Shown in pieces: positions 8,767 through 19,088 of a stretch of 64,000 nt of DNA. The stretch is taken from contig JAFCDO010000003.1 of NCBI GenBank assembly GCA_017609605.1, forward strand, positions 24,470 to 88,469. Reading direction: 5' to 3'. The notes below the pieces were generated by a model that did no database searches, had not been told where the DNA came from, and worked only from the letters and a program-made list of their open reading frames with translations. This stretch comes from Candidatus Parvarchaeota archaeon. GTDB taxonomy: Archaea > Nanobdellota > Nanobdellia > JAAOXT01. The position numbers and the translations under genes are program-made. Every line of letters begins with the position of its first letter. The first letter of the stretch is position 1.

Positions 8767-11125
8767 AAAATTACTTTTCATAACTGCTTGTTTGTTCATC
8801 ATCCCGACAGTTATTGCAGCGAACCCGTCAGACATTTACAACGGATTCATGGAAATGTACTACAACAACCAGTCCGGCAACACTGTCATGGTTCTTGGAA
8901 GCGCTTTATCGGAATACAAGGCCCCGCCTGAAACAGTTGATCCATTCCAAAATGTGGAAGACGACCAAACAATTTACGTAGATGTTTCAATGGACGGAGA
9001 GATAAGCGCGTCGGAGAACGCTGCGTGCACGCTAGAACACATAGGCAAAAGATGCGCGAAAAAAGAAGATGACTCGTGGTTTACTGGAACTTGCAAGATG
9101 ACTAGTTACGAATACATCTGTCCTGCAGATAAGGGTTGTTATGAAGACGAAGACACTGGAAATTGTGAGAGAATCATAAACTTCAGATTTTTTGAAAGAA
9201 CTTTCCCTTGCCCCATGGAAAGAAAAAACGTTTACGACTGCTCTCCAAACGAGTGGAACTCCAGAACAGGAATTGGCTGCGAGGACGGGCAGTGCATGGA
9301 CGCGTGCAACAACGAAAAAGACGATGACAATGACGGACTACCTGATGGGGATGACGAGGACTGCCAAGGAGGAGTGCAAGAACCCATGTCATGCGACGGC
9401 GTGAACTGCGCTGGATATAACTTAACTTCATTCGTCAACGTTTCCGACCCAAAAATCCTTTGCTGTATGGACTTCCCTAACAAGATGGAGAAAAAAATTC
9501 TGAGCCTACCCATCAAATTTACCTTCGCCATAAAAGGAGATACAAGCATAAGCCATACTACAAGCAATTGGCCGTCAAGCTGGGAAAACAATTGGAACGC
9601 TGAAGCAGGAACCACTGAATGGAACCCGCCAGGAGACTGCTACGTGGACCCTTATGTAAGAGATGGGGATGAAAACATCGTGGTCGAGATAGGCATCAAC
9701 AAATGGAAAAACTGTGGTCCAGTCCAAACGTTTTGCCAAGACAGTTGCGCCGAAGCAAAATTAGACTCTTCAGTTTGTCAGGACTTGGTTGGTCAAGACG
9801 ATTGCTACCTGAAAGGAACGGGCAAACACGCGATAGATTCAATACCTCAAGAAGACGTTTATACTGATTTGTCAGGAGACGAAGGAAGCATAACAATCAC
9901 TAGAATGGATAAAGCGTTCGGAGTAGTTGACGAAACACTAACATTTACTATCGATGAAAAATTTTATGGAACCGGGTATATTTACGTGCAAGACGCTAAG
10001 TACAAGTGCACGGCAAGTGGTACCTGGGAGGAGTGTGAACTAGACTCCGTTTCAGGCCCTCAAACCTCGATTTTTGAGATAAGTAAGACTTGCTTGGCAG
10101 GTAATGGGGCGAGTTATGATTTGGTCAGGGAATGGAAATACTGTTATGACTATGAGTACGACTACGACGTGATCACGTCAGCGGATTACGGTCAAAACGT
10201 GCCAATACCTGTCTACGAAAACAAACTAGGGTTTCTGGACTATAATTACTTCCCTTACTGCGGGAACGGCGTGGCAGAGACGGATTTAGGCGAGAACTGT
10301 GAGAACTGCCCGCAAGACATGAGTTTGTCTTATTGTCCGCTTTATGATTCAGAAGGAGCTTTTTGCAACCCAAATTGTCCAGCACAGGATAGGGATGCTT
10401 GCGGGTACATGATAAGAATTGATGATGCGGGAGAAGAATTAATGGACAACGAGCAAGAAATCAAGATGTGCTTCATGAAACAGAAATTTGATTACAGCGG
10501 AGAAAATGTTAAGTATTATGATTCTAACAAAGCCAATAACGCTATTGATGGGGGGATGATACAGCGGAGCAGGAACTGTCTTGAAGCCAATTGGTTAGGA
10601 TGTTGTTGGTGGATGTTAATACCCGGGTTTGGACAAGTAACCGAGCTGATAGGTGGTGTTTGCGCTAACTGCTTGACAGACGTGTGCATGGCGCCGAGCT
10701 ACCCACAGGTAAGGGAGTCAATGCAAGAATGCATACAAAAATACGAAAGCAAAGTAAGCGCCAGCGTAGCGGGTAAAGAATGCACTAGCTCATGTGAGTG
10801 CCAGCCAGGCTCTACTTGTTCTGGACTCGACCAAACTCCTGGAAAGTACTGCTGTCCAAAAGGAACGACGTGGACGCCACTCGGGTGCGAGCGAAGCGTA
10901 GGAGACTACGACGTGCAAAAAATAATGGATTGGGCGGAAAGAACATACATCTGTGACGTCATCGTGAACTTCGGGCAAGTTCACTTCAAGTGTTTAACTG
11001 GAGTAGGATGTACTGAGGACTCTGGCTTCTTCTGGTCTTGGACTAACCTTTGTCACTCTTTTGAAGGAACTCACTACACGCTTGACCAATATCCAGATAA
11101 TGATTATCAATATCCCATGATATGA
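8759..11125 (+). CDS. Secreted Cys-rich surface protein
   Basis: Sec-type signal MDKKLLFITACLFIIPTVIA; CNNEKDDDNDGLPDGDDEDC and CGNGVAETDLGENCENCPQD motifs. Confidence 0.75.
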   Translation: MDKKLLFITACLFIIPTVIAANPSDIYNGFMEMYYNNQSGNTVMVLGSALSEYKAPPETVDPFQNVEDDQTIYVDVSMDGEISASENAACTLEHIGKRCAKKEDDSWFTGTCKMTSYEYICPADKGCYEDEDTGNCERIINFRFFERTFPCPMERKNVYDCSPNEWNSRTGIGCEDGQCMDACNNEKDDDNDGLPDGDDEDCQGGVQEPMSCDGVNCAGYNLTSFVNVSDPKILCCMDFPNKMEKKILSLPIKFTFAIKGDTSISHTTSNWPSSWENNWNAEAGTTEWNPPGDCYVDPYVRDGDENIVVEIGINKWKNCGPVQTFCQDSCAEAKLDSSVCQDLVGQDDCYLKGTGKHAIDSIPQEDVYTDLSGDEGSITITRMDKAFGVVDETLTFTIDEKFYGTGYIYVQDAKYKCTASGTWEECELDSVSGPQTSIFEISKTCLAGNGASYDLVREWKYCYDYEYDYDVITSADYGQNVPIPVYENKLGFLDYNYFPYCGNGVAETDLGENCENCPQDMSLSYCPLYDSEGAFCNPNCPAQDRDACGYMIRIDDAGEELMDNEQEIKMCFMKQKFDYSGENVKYYDSNKANNAIDGGMIQRSRNCLEANWLGCCWWMLIPGFGQVTELIGGVCANCLTDVCMAPSYPQVRESMQECIQKYESKVSASVAGKECTSSCECQPGSTCSGLDQTPGKYCCPKGTTWTPLGCERSVGDYDVQKIMDWAERTYICDVIVNFGQVHFKCLTGVGCTEDSGFFWSWTNLCHSFEGTHYTLDQYPDNDYQYPMI

Positions 11126-11176
11126 CAAAAAGATTAAAAACAACCATTTTCATAAAGAGAATAAGAGTGATGAGCA

Positions 11177-11455
11177 ATGACTAAAAAAGATGATAACTTC
11201 GTGTTAATAGGAAAAAAAGCGCCGATGAGCTACGTGTTCGCAGTAATAACCCAATTCCAGAGAGGAGCTGAGAACGTAGTAATAAAGGCAAGAGGAAAAT
11301 CGATAAGTAGAGCAGTAGACGTTGCAGAGATAACAAGAAACAAGTTTTTAAACGACCTAAAAGTCGGGCAAATAAGTGTTGGAACAGAGAGAATGAGCAA
11401 CGAAGAAGGAGACGAGTCGAACGTATCAACCATAGAGATACCTTTAACAAAATAA
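11177..11455 (+). CDS. albA: DNA/RNA-binding protein Alba
   Basis: IGKKAPMSYV...KARGKSISRAVDVAE...SNVSTIEI signature. Confidence 0.95.
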   Translation: MTKKDDNFVLIGKKAPMSYVFAVITQFQRGAENVVIKARGKSISRAVDVAEITRNKFLNDLKVGQISVGTERMSNEEGDESNVSTIEIPLTK

Positions 11456-11534
11456 AAACTCTAAAAACTGGAAAACCCGAAAAAATAAGGAATCAAAACC
11501 CTTTTTAAGGAAAGATATTCTTCAAAGACTAAAA

Positions 11535-12239
11535 ATGAAACTACAAAAAAAAGATTTTGTTAAATTAGATTATACCGGCACGGTCAAAGAAACAGGAAAA
11601 GTGTTTGATACAACCAAGGAAAGCGTAGCCAAAAAAGAAGAGTTCTACGACTCAAGACAAAAATACGCGCCAATAACAATAATCATTGGCGAAAACCAGA
11701 TTCTAAAAGGAATAGATGATTCCCTGCTGGAACACGAGGAAGGAGATGAATACGAAACAAGCGTCAAACCAGAAGACGGTTTCGGACCAAGACGCAAACA
11801 ATTAATCAAACTAATACCCAGAAAATACTTCGAAGAACACAACATAACTCCTGTGGCAGGTCTTGCGATAAGCGTAGACAACATGCAAGGTCTGATAAGA
11901 ACAGTCAGCGGAGGAAGAATAATAGTGGACTTCAACAATCCTTTAGCGGGCAAGGAATTATGTTATAAAATAAAAATACTGAATAAAATCAGTAAAATCT
12001 CGGAAAAAGCAAAATCTATCGTGACATACTTTACAAGGATTAGCGAGCCAAGAATTGAGTTAAAACAAGGCGAATTAACAATAAGCACTAAAATAGAGCT
12101 TCCAGAATTCCTAAAAAACAAGATAACTCAAATCATACAAACCAACTTAAACGAGATAAAGAAAGTAAAATACAAGATAACAAAACAACACGTGGAAAAC
12201 ACACAACTAAAAAAAGAGAAAAAATCAAAAAATGATTAA
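11535..12239 (+). CDS. slyD: Long-type FKBP peptidyl-prolyl isomerase (SlyD-like)
   Basis: DFVKLDYTG, VFDTT, VDFNNPLAGK motifs plus archaeal C-terminal domain. Confidence 0.9.
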   Translation: MKLQKKDFVKLDYTGTVKETGKVFDTTKESVAKKEEFYDSRQKYAPITIIIGENQILKGIDDSLLEHEEGDEYETSVKPEDGFGPRRKQLIKLIPRKYFEEHNITPVAGLAISVDNMQGLIRTVSGGRIIVDFNNPLAGKELCYKIKILNKISKISEKAKSIVTYFTRISEPRIELKQGELTISTKIELPEFLKNKITQIIQTNLNEIKKVKYKITKQHVENTQLKKEKKSKND

Positions 12240-12382
12240 AAAAAATCAAAAACTTAATCTTTTATCTTAAAATGTGTGTTTAATCAATACAAGTTCTATT
12301 TCTGAGTGCATTAAAATTTATAAGTGAAAGCCACTTGTTTTAATGATACATAATCAATTAAATAGGAGAATAAAATAAAAAA

Positions 12383-13522
12383 ATGGAGAATCTTATGTCT
12401 TCTGCAAAAGGATTTGGCATCCAAAAAGAAGAACCCAGCTATGAAAAAGAGGTTAGGTCCGATATGTCCAGAACACTGGACGTCGACGCCGAACTGGAAG
12501 AACTATTATCTAAAAAGAAAGCAGCGATAAAAGTTGTCGGTGTTGGAGGTGCAGGTAACAATACGATAACAAGAATGACTGACGTAGGTATTAAGGGCGC
12601 AGAATTAATTGCTATGAATACAGACGCTCAAGACCTTCTCGTCGCACTAGCTGATAAAAAATTATTGCTAGGTAGAGACGTTACAGGAGGATTAGGTGCA
12701 GGCGCGGACCCTAAAAAAGGTGAAGAAGCAGCTAAAGAAACAGAGCAAGAAATAAAACAGGCCCTCCAAGGCGCGGACATGGTGTTCATAACATGCGGAC
12801 TTGGTGGCGGAACAGGTACTGGAGGTGCTCCAGTAGTAGCTGAAGTAGCTAAAAAAATAGGTGCGCTAACAGTTGGTGTTGTAACCCTGCCCTTTGGTAT
12901 AGAAGGAAGGAAGAGAATGGCCAACGCTCAAGAAGGATTGGAAAAACTTCAAGGAATAGTTGATACTTTGATAGTCATTCCAAACGATAAGTTGTTAGAA
13001 ATTGCGCCAGACCTGCCGTTGTTCACTGCTTTTAAGGTTGCGGACGAAATACTGACCAACGCCGTGAAAGGAATTGCTGAAATGGTAACCAAGCCAGGCC
13101 TGATTAACTTAGACTTCGCGGACATTAAAGCGGTTATGAAAGAAGGAGGAGTGGCGATGATTGGTGTGGGAGAGAGCGATACTGAGAACAGGGCGATTGA
13201 GGCCGTTGAGAAAGCAATTCAGAACCCATTGCTAGACGTGGACATATCCGGGGCCAAAGGAGCGTTAATTAATGTTGCTGGTGGAGCGAACATGACGTTA
13301 GAAGAAGCAAGACAAGTTGTTCAGACCGTTAGTGAGAAGTTGGATGGTGACGCGAAAATTATTTGGGGAGCGCAAATAAGCAACGACTTACAAGACACTA
13401 TAAGGACCATACTCATAGTGACTGGAGTTCAATCACCCCAAATCTTCGGGCCGTCAAGCACTTTTGAAGACCAGAGAAAACGCAAAATAGAGAAAGAACT
13501 CGGAATCGAATTCTTAAGGTAA
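12383..13522 (+). CDS. ftsZ: Cell division protein FtsZ (FtsZ1)
   Basis: GGGTGTG tubulin motif and INLDFAD T7 loop; upstream of secE/spt5. Confidence 0.97.
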   Translation: MENLMSSAKGFGIQKEEPSYEKEVRSDMSRTLDVDAELEELLSKKKAAIKVVGVGGAGNNTITRMTDVGIKGAELIAMNTDAQDLLVALADKKLLLGRDVTGGLGAGADPKKGEEAAKETEQEIKQALQGADMVFITCGLGGGTGTGGAPVVAEVAKKIGALTVGVVTLPFGIEGRKRMANAQEGLEKLQGIVDTLIVIPNDKLLEIAPDLPLFTAFKVADEILTNAVKGIAEMVTKPGLINLDFADIKAVMKEGGVAMIGVGESDTENRAIEAVEKAIQNPLLDVDISGAKGALINVAGGANMTLEEARQVVQTVSEKLDGDAKIIWGAQISNDLQDTIRTILIVTGVQSPQIFGPSSTFEDQRKRKIEKELGIEFLR

Positions 13523-13602
13523 AAAACTTTTACCTTTTTTTTATCTTTTTTTTTAATTTATTTTAGGAATTCTTATAAACTGATCGTGGTTGCTATTTTT
13601 GT

Positions 13603-13965
13603 ATGATAAAAGGGGAGGATTTTGATAATCTTGATAGTTTATCAATATTTCATAAAAACGGGGACTCAGAGTACGAAACAGGTTTTTCTCGCAGAACACT
13701 AGCTGATAAATCCAAATTAAAGATTAGGATGTCAATGCTAAGACTCGTTTCTAACACACCTATTAATCCTTACACAATGAAAATAGCTTTTGAATTCGGA
13801 TGCTCTCCTGAGGACATTGAGTTAGCTGTTTTAACAGGATTGGACCTTTGTATGGAAGAAGGTTCAAAACTGGAGCAGGTTTACGCTGGAGCAAAAAATT
13901 TTCTAGAAAACAAAGGAATTGCAGAGTACTTTAACTTCGTGACGAGCACGAAGTTTAGCGTTTAA
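13603..13965 (+). CDS. Hypothetical protein
   Basis: 120-aa ORF with TTATAAA at 13573-13579; no recognisable motif. Confidence 0.6.
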   Translation: MIKGEDFDNLDSLSIFHKNGDSEYETGFSRRTLADKSKLKIRMSMLRLVSNTPINPYTMKIAFEFGCSPEDIELAVLTGLDLCMEEGSKLEQVYAGAKNFLENKGIAEYFNFVTSTKFSV

Positions 13966-14013
13966 CAAAAAGGTTTAAAAACCCCTCTTAACAAACTCCT
14001 TAAGAATAAATTA

Positions 14014-14181
14014 ATGAAACTAGCATCAAAACTCAGAGAGTATAAAAGAATTCTCTTGATTAGCAAGAAGCCCAGCAAAAAAGAGGTAGAAACAATTATT
14101 AGGGTGACTGGTGCTGGAATCATTATTATAGGAATGATAGGTTTCATCATTCAAGTGATTTATGAGTTGATTCGAGGATGA
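14014..14181 (+). CDS. secE: Protein translocase SecE/Sec61 gamma
   Basis: MKLASKLREYKRILLISKKPSKKEVETIIRVTGAGIIIIGMIGFIIQVIYELIRG; ATGA overlap with spt5; below the ORF-track cutoff. Confidence 0.93.
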   Translation: MKLASKLREYKRILLISKKPSKKEVETIIRVTGAGIIIIGMIGFIIQVIYELIRG

Positions 14182-14633
14182 TTTTCGCAGTAAGAACAAC
14201 AAGCGGTAGGGAAAAACAAGTTATTGATAGGCTGGCCTCCAGAATAAAAAATGAAGTATTAAAAGTTGATGCCATCCTGCACCCATCAAACATTAAAGGA
14301 TACTTTTTTATTGAAGCATCTGACAAAGAAATAGTTCAAAAAGCGATTTATGGAATACCTCACGCTAGAGGATTGATTGAGGGTGAGGTAACCATTGATC
14401 AGGTTAAGCACTTCTTATCACCGGTCGCTCAGAAAATAACTCTCAAAAAGAATGATATAGTTGAATTGATTAGCGGGCCCTTCAAAGGAGAGAAGGCTAA
14501 GATTTCCAGAATCATTGCTGTGAAAGAGCAGGTGGACGTTCAACTGTTGGAAGCAGCTGTTCCAATACCGGTTAGGGTTAACATGAACAGCATTCGATTA
14601 ATCGAAAGAAAAGAAGAAGAGGAAGAAGAATAA
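14178..14633 (+). CDS. spt5: Transcription elongation factor Spt5/NusG
   Basis: IFAVRTTSGRE NGN domain and KOW motif ELISGPFKGE. Confidence 0.95.
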   Translation: MIFAVRTTSGREKQVIDRLASRIKNEVLKVDAILHPSNIKGYFFIEASDKEIVQKAIYGIPHARGLIEGEVTIDQVKHFLSPVAQKITLKKNDIVELISGPFKGEKAKISRIIAVKEQVDVQLLEAAVPIPVRVNMNSIRLIERKEEEEEE

Positions 14634-14652
14634 AGTTAGGTGATTAAATTTT

Positions 14653-15102
14653 ATGGTTAAAGAAACTGTTCAAGTATTGGTTGATGGTGGAGAAGCCAAG
14701 CCAGGACCAGCAATCGGCGGGGTTCTCGGGCCTTTGGGAGTGAACATTGGTGCAATCTTATCTGAGATAAACCAGAAAACAAATGATTTTAAGGGCATGA
14801 AAGTGCCGGTTAAGATAGTTGTGGACACGGATACTAAAGCGTTCACGATAAGCGTTGGAATGCCTCCCACTTCCGAGTTAATCAAGAAAGAGGTTGGGAT
14901 TAAGAAGGGCAGTGGCTCGCCTAACACGGAGTTCGTCGCAGACCTTTCACGAGAGCAACTGGAAAAGGTTGCAAGAATGAAGATGGACACGAGTTACGCT
15001 ACTGAAATCAAGTCATCAATGAAAGAAGTCATTGGTGTTTGCAGGAGCATGGGTGTCACGATTGAGGGCAAGAAACCGCAAGAATTCCTACAAGAAATAT
15101 AG
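14653..15102 (+). CDS. rpl11: 50S ribosomal protein L11
   Basis: GGEAKPGPAIGGVLGPLG; PPTSELIKK. Confidence 0.96.
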   Translation: MVKETVQVLVDGGEAKPGPAIGGVLGPLGVNIGAILSEINQKTNDFKGMKVPVKIVVDTDTKAFTISVGMPPTSELIKKEVGIKKGSGSPNTEFVADLSREQLEKVARMKMDTSYATEIKSSMKEVIGVCRSMGVTIEGKKPQEFLQEI

Positions 15103-15116
15103 AAATGTAGAATGTT

Positions 15117-15671
15117 TTAATCCCGTTGACTAAACCACGCGTTAATCGCGTTCAACTTGTGTTCTAACCTGTTTTCTAAATAATAATCTAATGAATCCTG
15201 TCTTGGCTCGAATAATTGAAATTCCTTTGTATCAAGTGAGGATTTGCTTAATACGTTGACTTTCGTGACGTCTCCTTTCATTCCTGCACGAAAACTTCTT
15301 CCAGCAGGAACAACTCCTGTCGCGTTTGTCAAACGGTTGTTCGTGCCGCAACCTAGATCAAGAACCACGAACTGCTCAAGAGGGAATGGAGGATTTAAAC
15401 CAAACCTTACGTAACGCGTCAATATTGGTTCATCGTATAACACTTTTTCTTCTTCCAAGTTTTTTTCTTCAGTTTCTAAATACGCTTGTTGCCACACCCA
15501 ATTCGCAAAAAACCTTGTTTCCATTCCTAACTCGTTAAAATCAGTGCACGCGTAATATAGTCCGCACTTTTTCTTGAAATAAACCCATTTCTTTTTGTCC
15601 TCTTCGTTCACGATTTTAGGAGTGTAGTAATAGTCAGCAAAACCTATGCTACCTTTTTTAGAAAGAAACAT
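15117..15671 (-). CDS. Hypothetical protein inserted between rpl11 and rpl1
   Basis: 184-aa ORF, convergent with rpl11; no family recognised. Confidence 0.6.
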   Translation of the reverse strand: MFLSKKGSIGFADYYYTPKIVNEEDKKKWVYFKKKCGLYYACTDFNELGMETRFFANWVWQQAYLETEEKNLEEEKVLYDEPILTRYVRFGLNPPFPLEQFVVLDLGCGTNNRLTNATGVVPAGRSFRAGMKGDVTKVNVLSKSSLDTKEFQLFEPRQDSLDYYLENRLEHKLNAINAWFSQRD

Positions 15672-15904
15672 TATCCTGAACTGAAGAAAAAACGGTTTTT
15701 AAAAACGTTACGAAACAGAAGAGTGTAAAGAAGTTTTATATTATCATAACCTTTTTTTTTAAAAAGAATGATTAAAGCAATTGCTGGGCGTCGATTTTTA
15801 AACCCACGCCATTTAATTCTTTTTCCGACCGTAAATTTTATAAAACCCATACTCGTCTTTCAAAAGCACTGCTTACAAGCAGGAGGTTAACCACCGAAAA
15901 AAAA

Positions 15905-16552
15905 ATGGAATCACTTGAAATAATAAAAATTCTGAAAAAAGCTAGGGAGCAAGGCAGTAAAAGAAAATTCGTTCAATCAATAGATTTAATCATCACTCTA
16001 AAAAACGTTGACCTAAAGAAAAACGACAAAAAAATCGAGATTTTCGAACACTTACCCGCGGGAAGAGGAAAAAAAAAAGCGAGGATAGCCGCGTTCGTTG
16101 ACAAAGACACAACAGTACAGGCTAAAAAGCACTGCGACACAATCATCGAAAAAAAAGATTTTTCAAAATGGGATAAACCAAGAGAAATAAGAAAACTCGT
16201 CAGAACCAACGATTTTTTCATAGCTCAAGCCAACGTGATGATAGACCAAGCCAAAATCTTCGGTAAATACCTTGGGGCAAAAGGAAAAATGCCAAACCCG
16301 AAAGCAGGGCAGGTAATCCTTCCAAAAACTGACTTGGAAGCATTAACCAAAAAGTTAAGGGATACAGTGATTCTACGAGTGAAAAAACATCCTATGATTC
16401 AAGTCCTAGTAGGAACTGAAGACATGAAAGACGAGCAACTATCAAAAAACGTTAAAACAGTTTTGGAAGAAGTTGAAAGACATTACGCTCAGAATGAGAT
16501 AAGAGACGCTTACTTAAAACTGACAATGGGAAAACCGGTGAAGCTATGGTAA
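15905..16552 (+). CDS. rpl1: 50S ribosomal protein L1
   Basis: KRKFVQSIDL, GKMPNPK, KLTMGKP. Confidence 0.95.
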   Translation: MESLEIIKILKKAREQGSKRKFVQSIDLIITLKNVDLKKNDKKIEIFEHLPAGRGKKKARIAAFVDKDTTVQAKKHCDTIIEKKDFSKWDKPREIRKLVRTNDFFIAQANVMIDQAKIFGKYLGAKGKMPNPKAGQVILPKTDLEALTKKLRDTVILRVKKHPMIQVLVGTEDMKDEQLSKNVKTVLEEVERHYAQNEIRDAYLKLTMGKPVKLW

Positions 16553-17448
16553 AAGAGTGGAAAAAAGAACGGGTAAAAGAAATCAGTGAAAAAATTAAAG
16601 ATTACAAGGTTTTAGGAATAGTTGATTTTCACGCCTTGCCAGCCAAACAATTACAAATCATGAAGAAAAAACTCAAAGAGAAAGGAGTAATCTTGTTAAT
16701 GGCTCGTAAAAGAATTCTGAAGCGGGTTTTAGAAGCTTCTGATAAAAAAAACATCAAAGAACTAATAAAAAATTTAGGGTTAATGCCAGCACTTATTCTA
16801 TCCAGCTTGGACCCGTTTAGACTCGCAAAAATAATTAATGATAACAAATCCCCTGCACTAGCCAAAGCAGGCCAAACATCTCCAAAAGACATTGTAGCCT
16901 CAGCAGGGCCCACACCATTCACTCCCGGACCAATAATAGGAGAACTAGGCATTTTAGGAATCAAAACAAAGGTTGAGGCAGGAAAATTAACCATAACCCA
17001 AGACGTAATAGTAGTCAAGAAAGAAGAAATCATAAGCGAAGTGGCTGCAAGCATTCTGAGGAGGCTTGGCATAGAACCCATGGAGATAGGCTTGACCATA
17101 AAAGCTGTTTGGGAAAAAGGCATCATATTCAGCGCAGATCAGTTAAAAATAGACACGAAAGAATACACTGAAAATCTTAAACTAGCTCACGCAACAGCCT
17201 TAGCGCTGTCGCTTAACGCGAACATCCCAATAAAAGAAACAATGAGCGCGTTATTGCAAAAACTTCACTCGCAAGCCATAGCACTGTCCATGAACACTGG
17301 CTTCCCGACAAAACAGACCAGAGACGAAATACTAAGAAAAGCGGAAGGCCAAGCAATGCAGTTAGCCAGAGGAGTGCAGGAGAAAGATAGGAACGCGCTG
17401 AGCGAACAACTAAACGAGATAATAGTCAAATCAATACTTGGAGGATAA
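16546..17448 (+). CDS. rpl10: 50S ribosomal protein L10 (P0)
   Basis: AGPTPFTPGP; lies between L1 and L12. Confidence 0.95.
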   Translation: MVKEWKKERVKEISEKIKDYKVLGIVDFHALPAKQLQIMKKKLKEKGVILLMARKRILKRVLEASDKKNIKELIKNLGLMPALILSSLDPFRLAKIINDNKSPALAKAGQTSPKDIVASAGPTPFTPGPIIGELGILGIKTKVEAGKLTITQDVIVVKKEEIISEVAASILRRLGIEPMEIGLTIKAVWEKGIIFSADQLKIDTKEYTENLKLAHATALALSLNANIPIKETMSALLQKLHSQAIALSMNTGFPTKQTRDEILRKAEGQAMQLARGVQEKDRNALSEQLNEIIVKSILGG

Positions 17449-17454
17449 AAAAAA

Positions 17455-17760
17455 ATGGAATACATGTACGCAGCATTATTGCTTCACAAAACAGGAAAAA
17501 AAGTTGAGGAAAAAGAATTGAAAGCAGTTCTTACCTCTGCAGGAGTTAAAGTTGACGACTCAAGAGTGAAAGCTCTTGTCGCAGCATTAGAAGGAGTAGA
17601 CATAGACAAAGTCGTTAGCCAAGCACCAGTAATGGCGGCAGCATCTGCACCTAAAGAAGAAGTGAAGACAGAAGAAAAGAAAGAAAAAAAGAAAGAAGAA
17701 GTGAAGAAAGAAGAAGCTACAAAAGAAGCCGCTGCAGGCCTGGGCGCGCTTTTCGGATAA
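17455..17760 (+). CDS. rpl12: 50S ribosomal protein L12 (P1)
   Basis: [11 protein letters not shown]...[10 protein letters not shown]. Confidence 0.97.
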   Translation: MEYMYAALLLHKTGKKVEEKELKAVLTSAGVKVDDSRVKALVAALEGVDIDKVVSQAPVMAAASAPKEEVKTEEKKEKKKEEVKKEEATKEAAAGLGALFG

Positions 17761-17883
17761 AAAAAACTAACAAAAACAGTTTTTTTTTCTGGAGGAAGGC
17801 TGAAACACCAGCCTCAACCATCTTCTTATACTTCTAACCACAATGGTATTTAACTAGTTCAAACAAGCTTAAATCAAGTAAAA

Positions 17884-18366
17884 ATGAGTGTTAACAGGTG
17901 GACGCAGAAAATTAGGGGAGTGTTCAGGTCATTTGACGAAATCACTGGACGCGACGCCAACCTTGTGATACAAAAGCTGGCGAGCATAGGGGGAAAAGCC
18001 AGAGATTATAAGATTTATTTCGACCCGCACGACGTTGGAAGAAAAGAGATTCGCGTCCAAAGATTAGAAGGAAACAAGTTCTCTTACATCGAGTATTACC
18101 CCATAGAATGGAAAGAATCCAAACCGAAAAAAAAAGATTTGAACACAAAAATCTATTTGCGCGCCGGAGATTTTTCAATACTTAAATCCATGGAAGAACA
18201 GAAAGTTAATAAAAAAAGCTTGGCACGAAAAAAAGAGTTTGAAAGCATAGAAACCAAGCTTATGAAAAAAGCCACGCAAGCACATCAAGAATTGAACACG
18301 AATAAACTCGGAGAAATAAGTCAAAAACTGAACCTAATCCTGCAATTACTGCAAAAAATTCAATAA
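17884..18366 (+). CDS. Hypothetical basic protein with C-terminal coiled coil
   Basis: 160-aa ORF; heptad-like C-terminus. Confidence 0.6.
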   Translation: MSVNRWTQKIRGVFRSFDEITGRDANLVIQKLASIGGKARDYKIYFDPHDVGRKEIRVQRLEGNKFSYIEYYPIEWKESKPKKKDLNTKIYLRAGDFSILKSMEEQKVNKKSLARKKEFESIETKLMKKATQAHQELNTNKLGEISQKLNLILQLLQKIQ

Positions 18367-19088
18367 TCCTCAAGCTTTTTCTGCTCGCTCTTATCAAAAT
18401 CCAAATACATTGGCGGCTCGACCACCACGAAACGATAACCCCAATCCCCCAGCATGTTCATAGCGTTTTTTGTAATGCTCGGCGCAGCCACCACCCCGTT
18501 AACCTTCATCACACCTTTGCTTTTCTGCAAACGCTCAACGTAACGCCTCAACTGCTGAACAGCCCCCAAACCCGCCTTGTAACGCTTGCACTCCACAACA
18601 GTCAAAACGCTTCCCTCGATTCCGAGAACGTCGATAAAACCATACCTTGTCTGTTCCTCCAATTTGACTGGCTTAAAAGACTCGCCGATAAGCGAAGGGT
18701 TTTCGTAAATCATGCGCGCCATGTCAGCTTCGCTTCCCACGCTAACCAGAACCTCGCCATCCTTTAACTTATTAGATTCCAAGGAATACACTTTCCTGAC
18801 AGTCACGACCATGTGCTCTCTTGGGCTCACGCTATCACAAATAACCACAAGATTACCATCACTTTCCTCAACTTCAATGTTTGAGCCTTCTGCCATCCAG
18901 TTAACAGGGTTGCGGCCGTCAGGCTTGTGCACGAGCACTGTGTGGTCCGGTTTTATCAAGACGAGACGGTCACCCCAGCCAAGAGTGCTGACCGCCCTGC
19001 CCGAGTAATCCACCCTACAATTACAAACCAGTAAAACCATTTCCTTATTTCGAATGCTTCGCGATAATTTGCCCCGCAAATCTTCCAT
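18360..19088 (-). CDS. nucS: Mismatch endonuclease NucS/EndoMS
   Basis: C-x-VDYSGRA, PVNW, GFIDVLG, VVECKR, QLRRY. Confidence 0.95.
   Translation of the reverse strand: MEDLRGKLSRSIRNKEMVLLVCNCRVDYSGRAVSTLGWGDRLVLIKPDHTVLVHKPDGRNPVNWMAEGSNIEVEESDGNLVVICDSVSPREHMVVTVRKVYSLESNKLKDGEVLVSVGSEADMARMIYENPSLIGESFKPVKLEEQTRYGFIDVLGIEGSVLTVVECKRYKAGLGAVQQLRRYVERLQKSKGVMKVNGVVAAPSITKNAMNMLGDWGYRFVVVEPPMYLDFDKSEQKKLEDY

Noticed and set aside
15340..15370. VVLDLGCG SAM-binding-like motif in the 15117..15671 ORF
   Set aside because: The motif sits mid-protein without the downstream Rossmann elements, so a methyltransferase call is unsupported.
15865..15904. L1 autoregulatory site in the rpl1 leader (GGAGG...ACCGAAA)
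   Set aside because: Flanking helices of the L1 site could not be formed convincingly; may be only an SD-like sequence plus a small hairpin.
17795..17815. AGGCTG/CAGCCT hairpin after rpl12 as an ncRNA
   Set aside because: Single 6-bp stem next to a T-tract; insufficient evidence beyond a possible terminator element.
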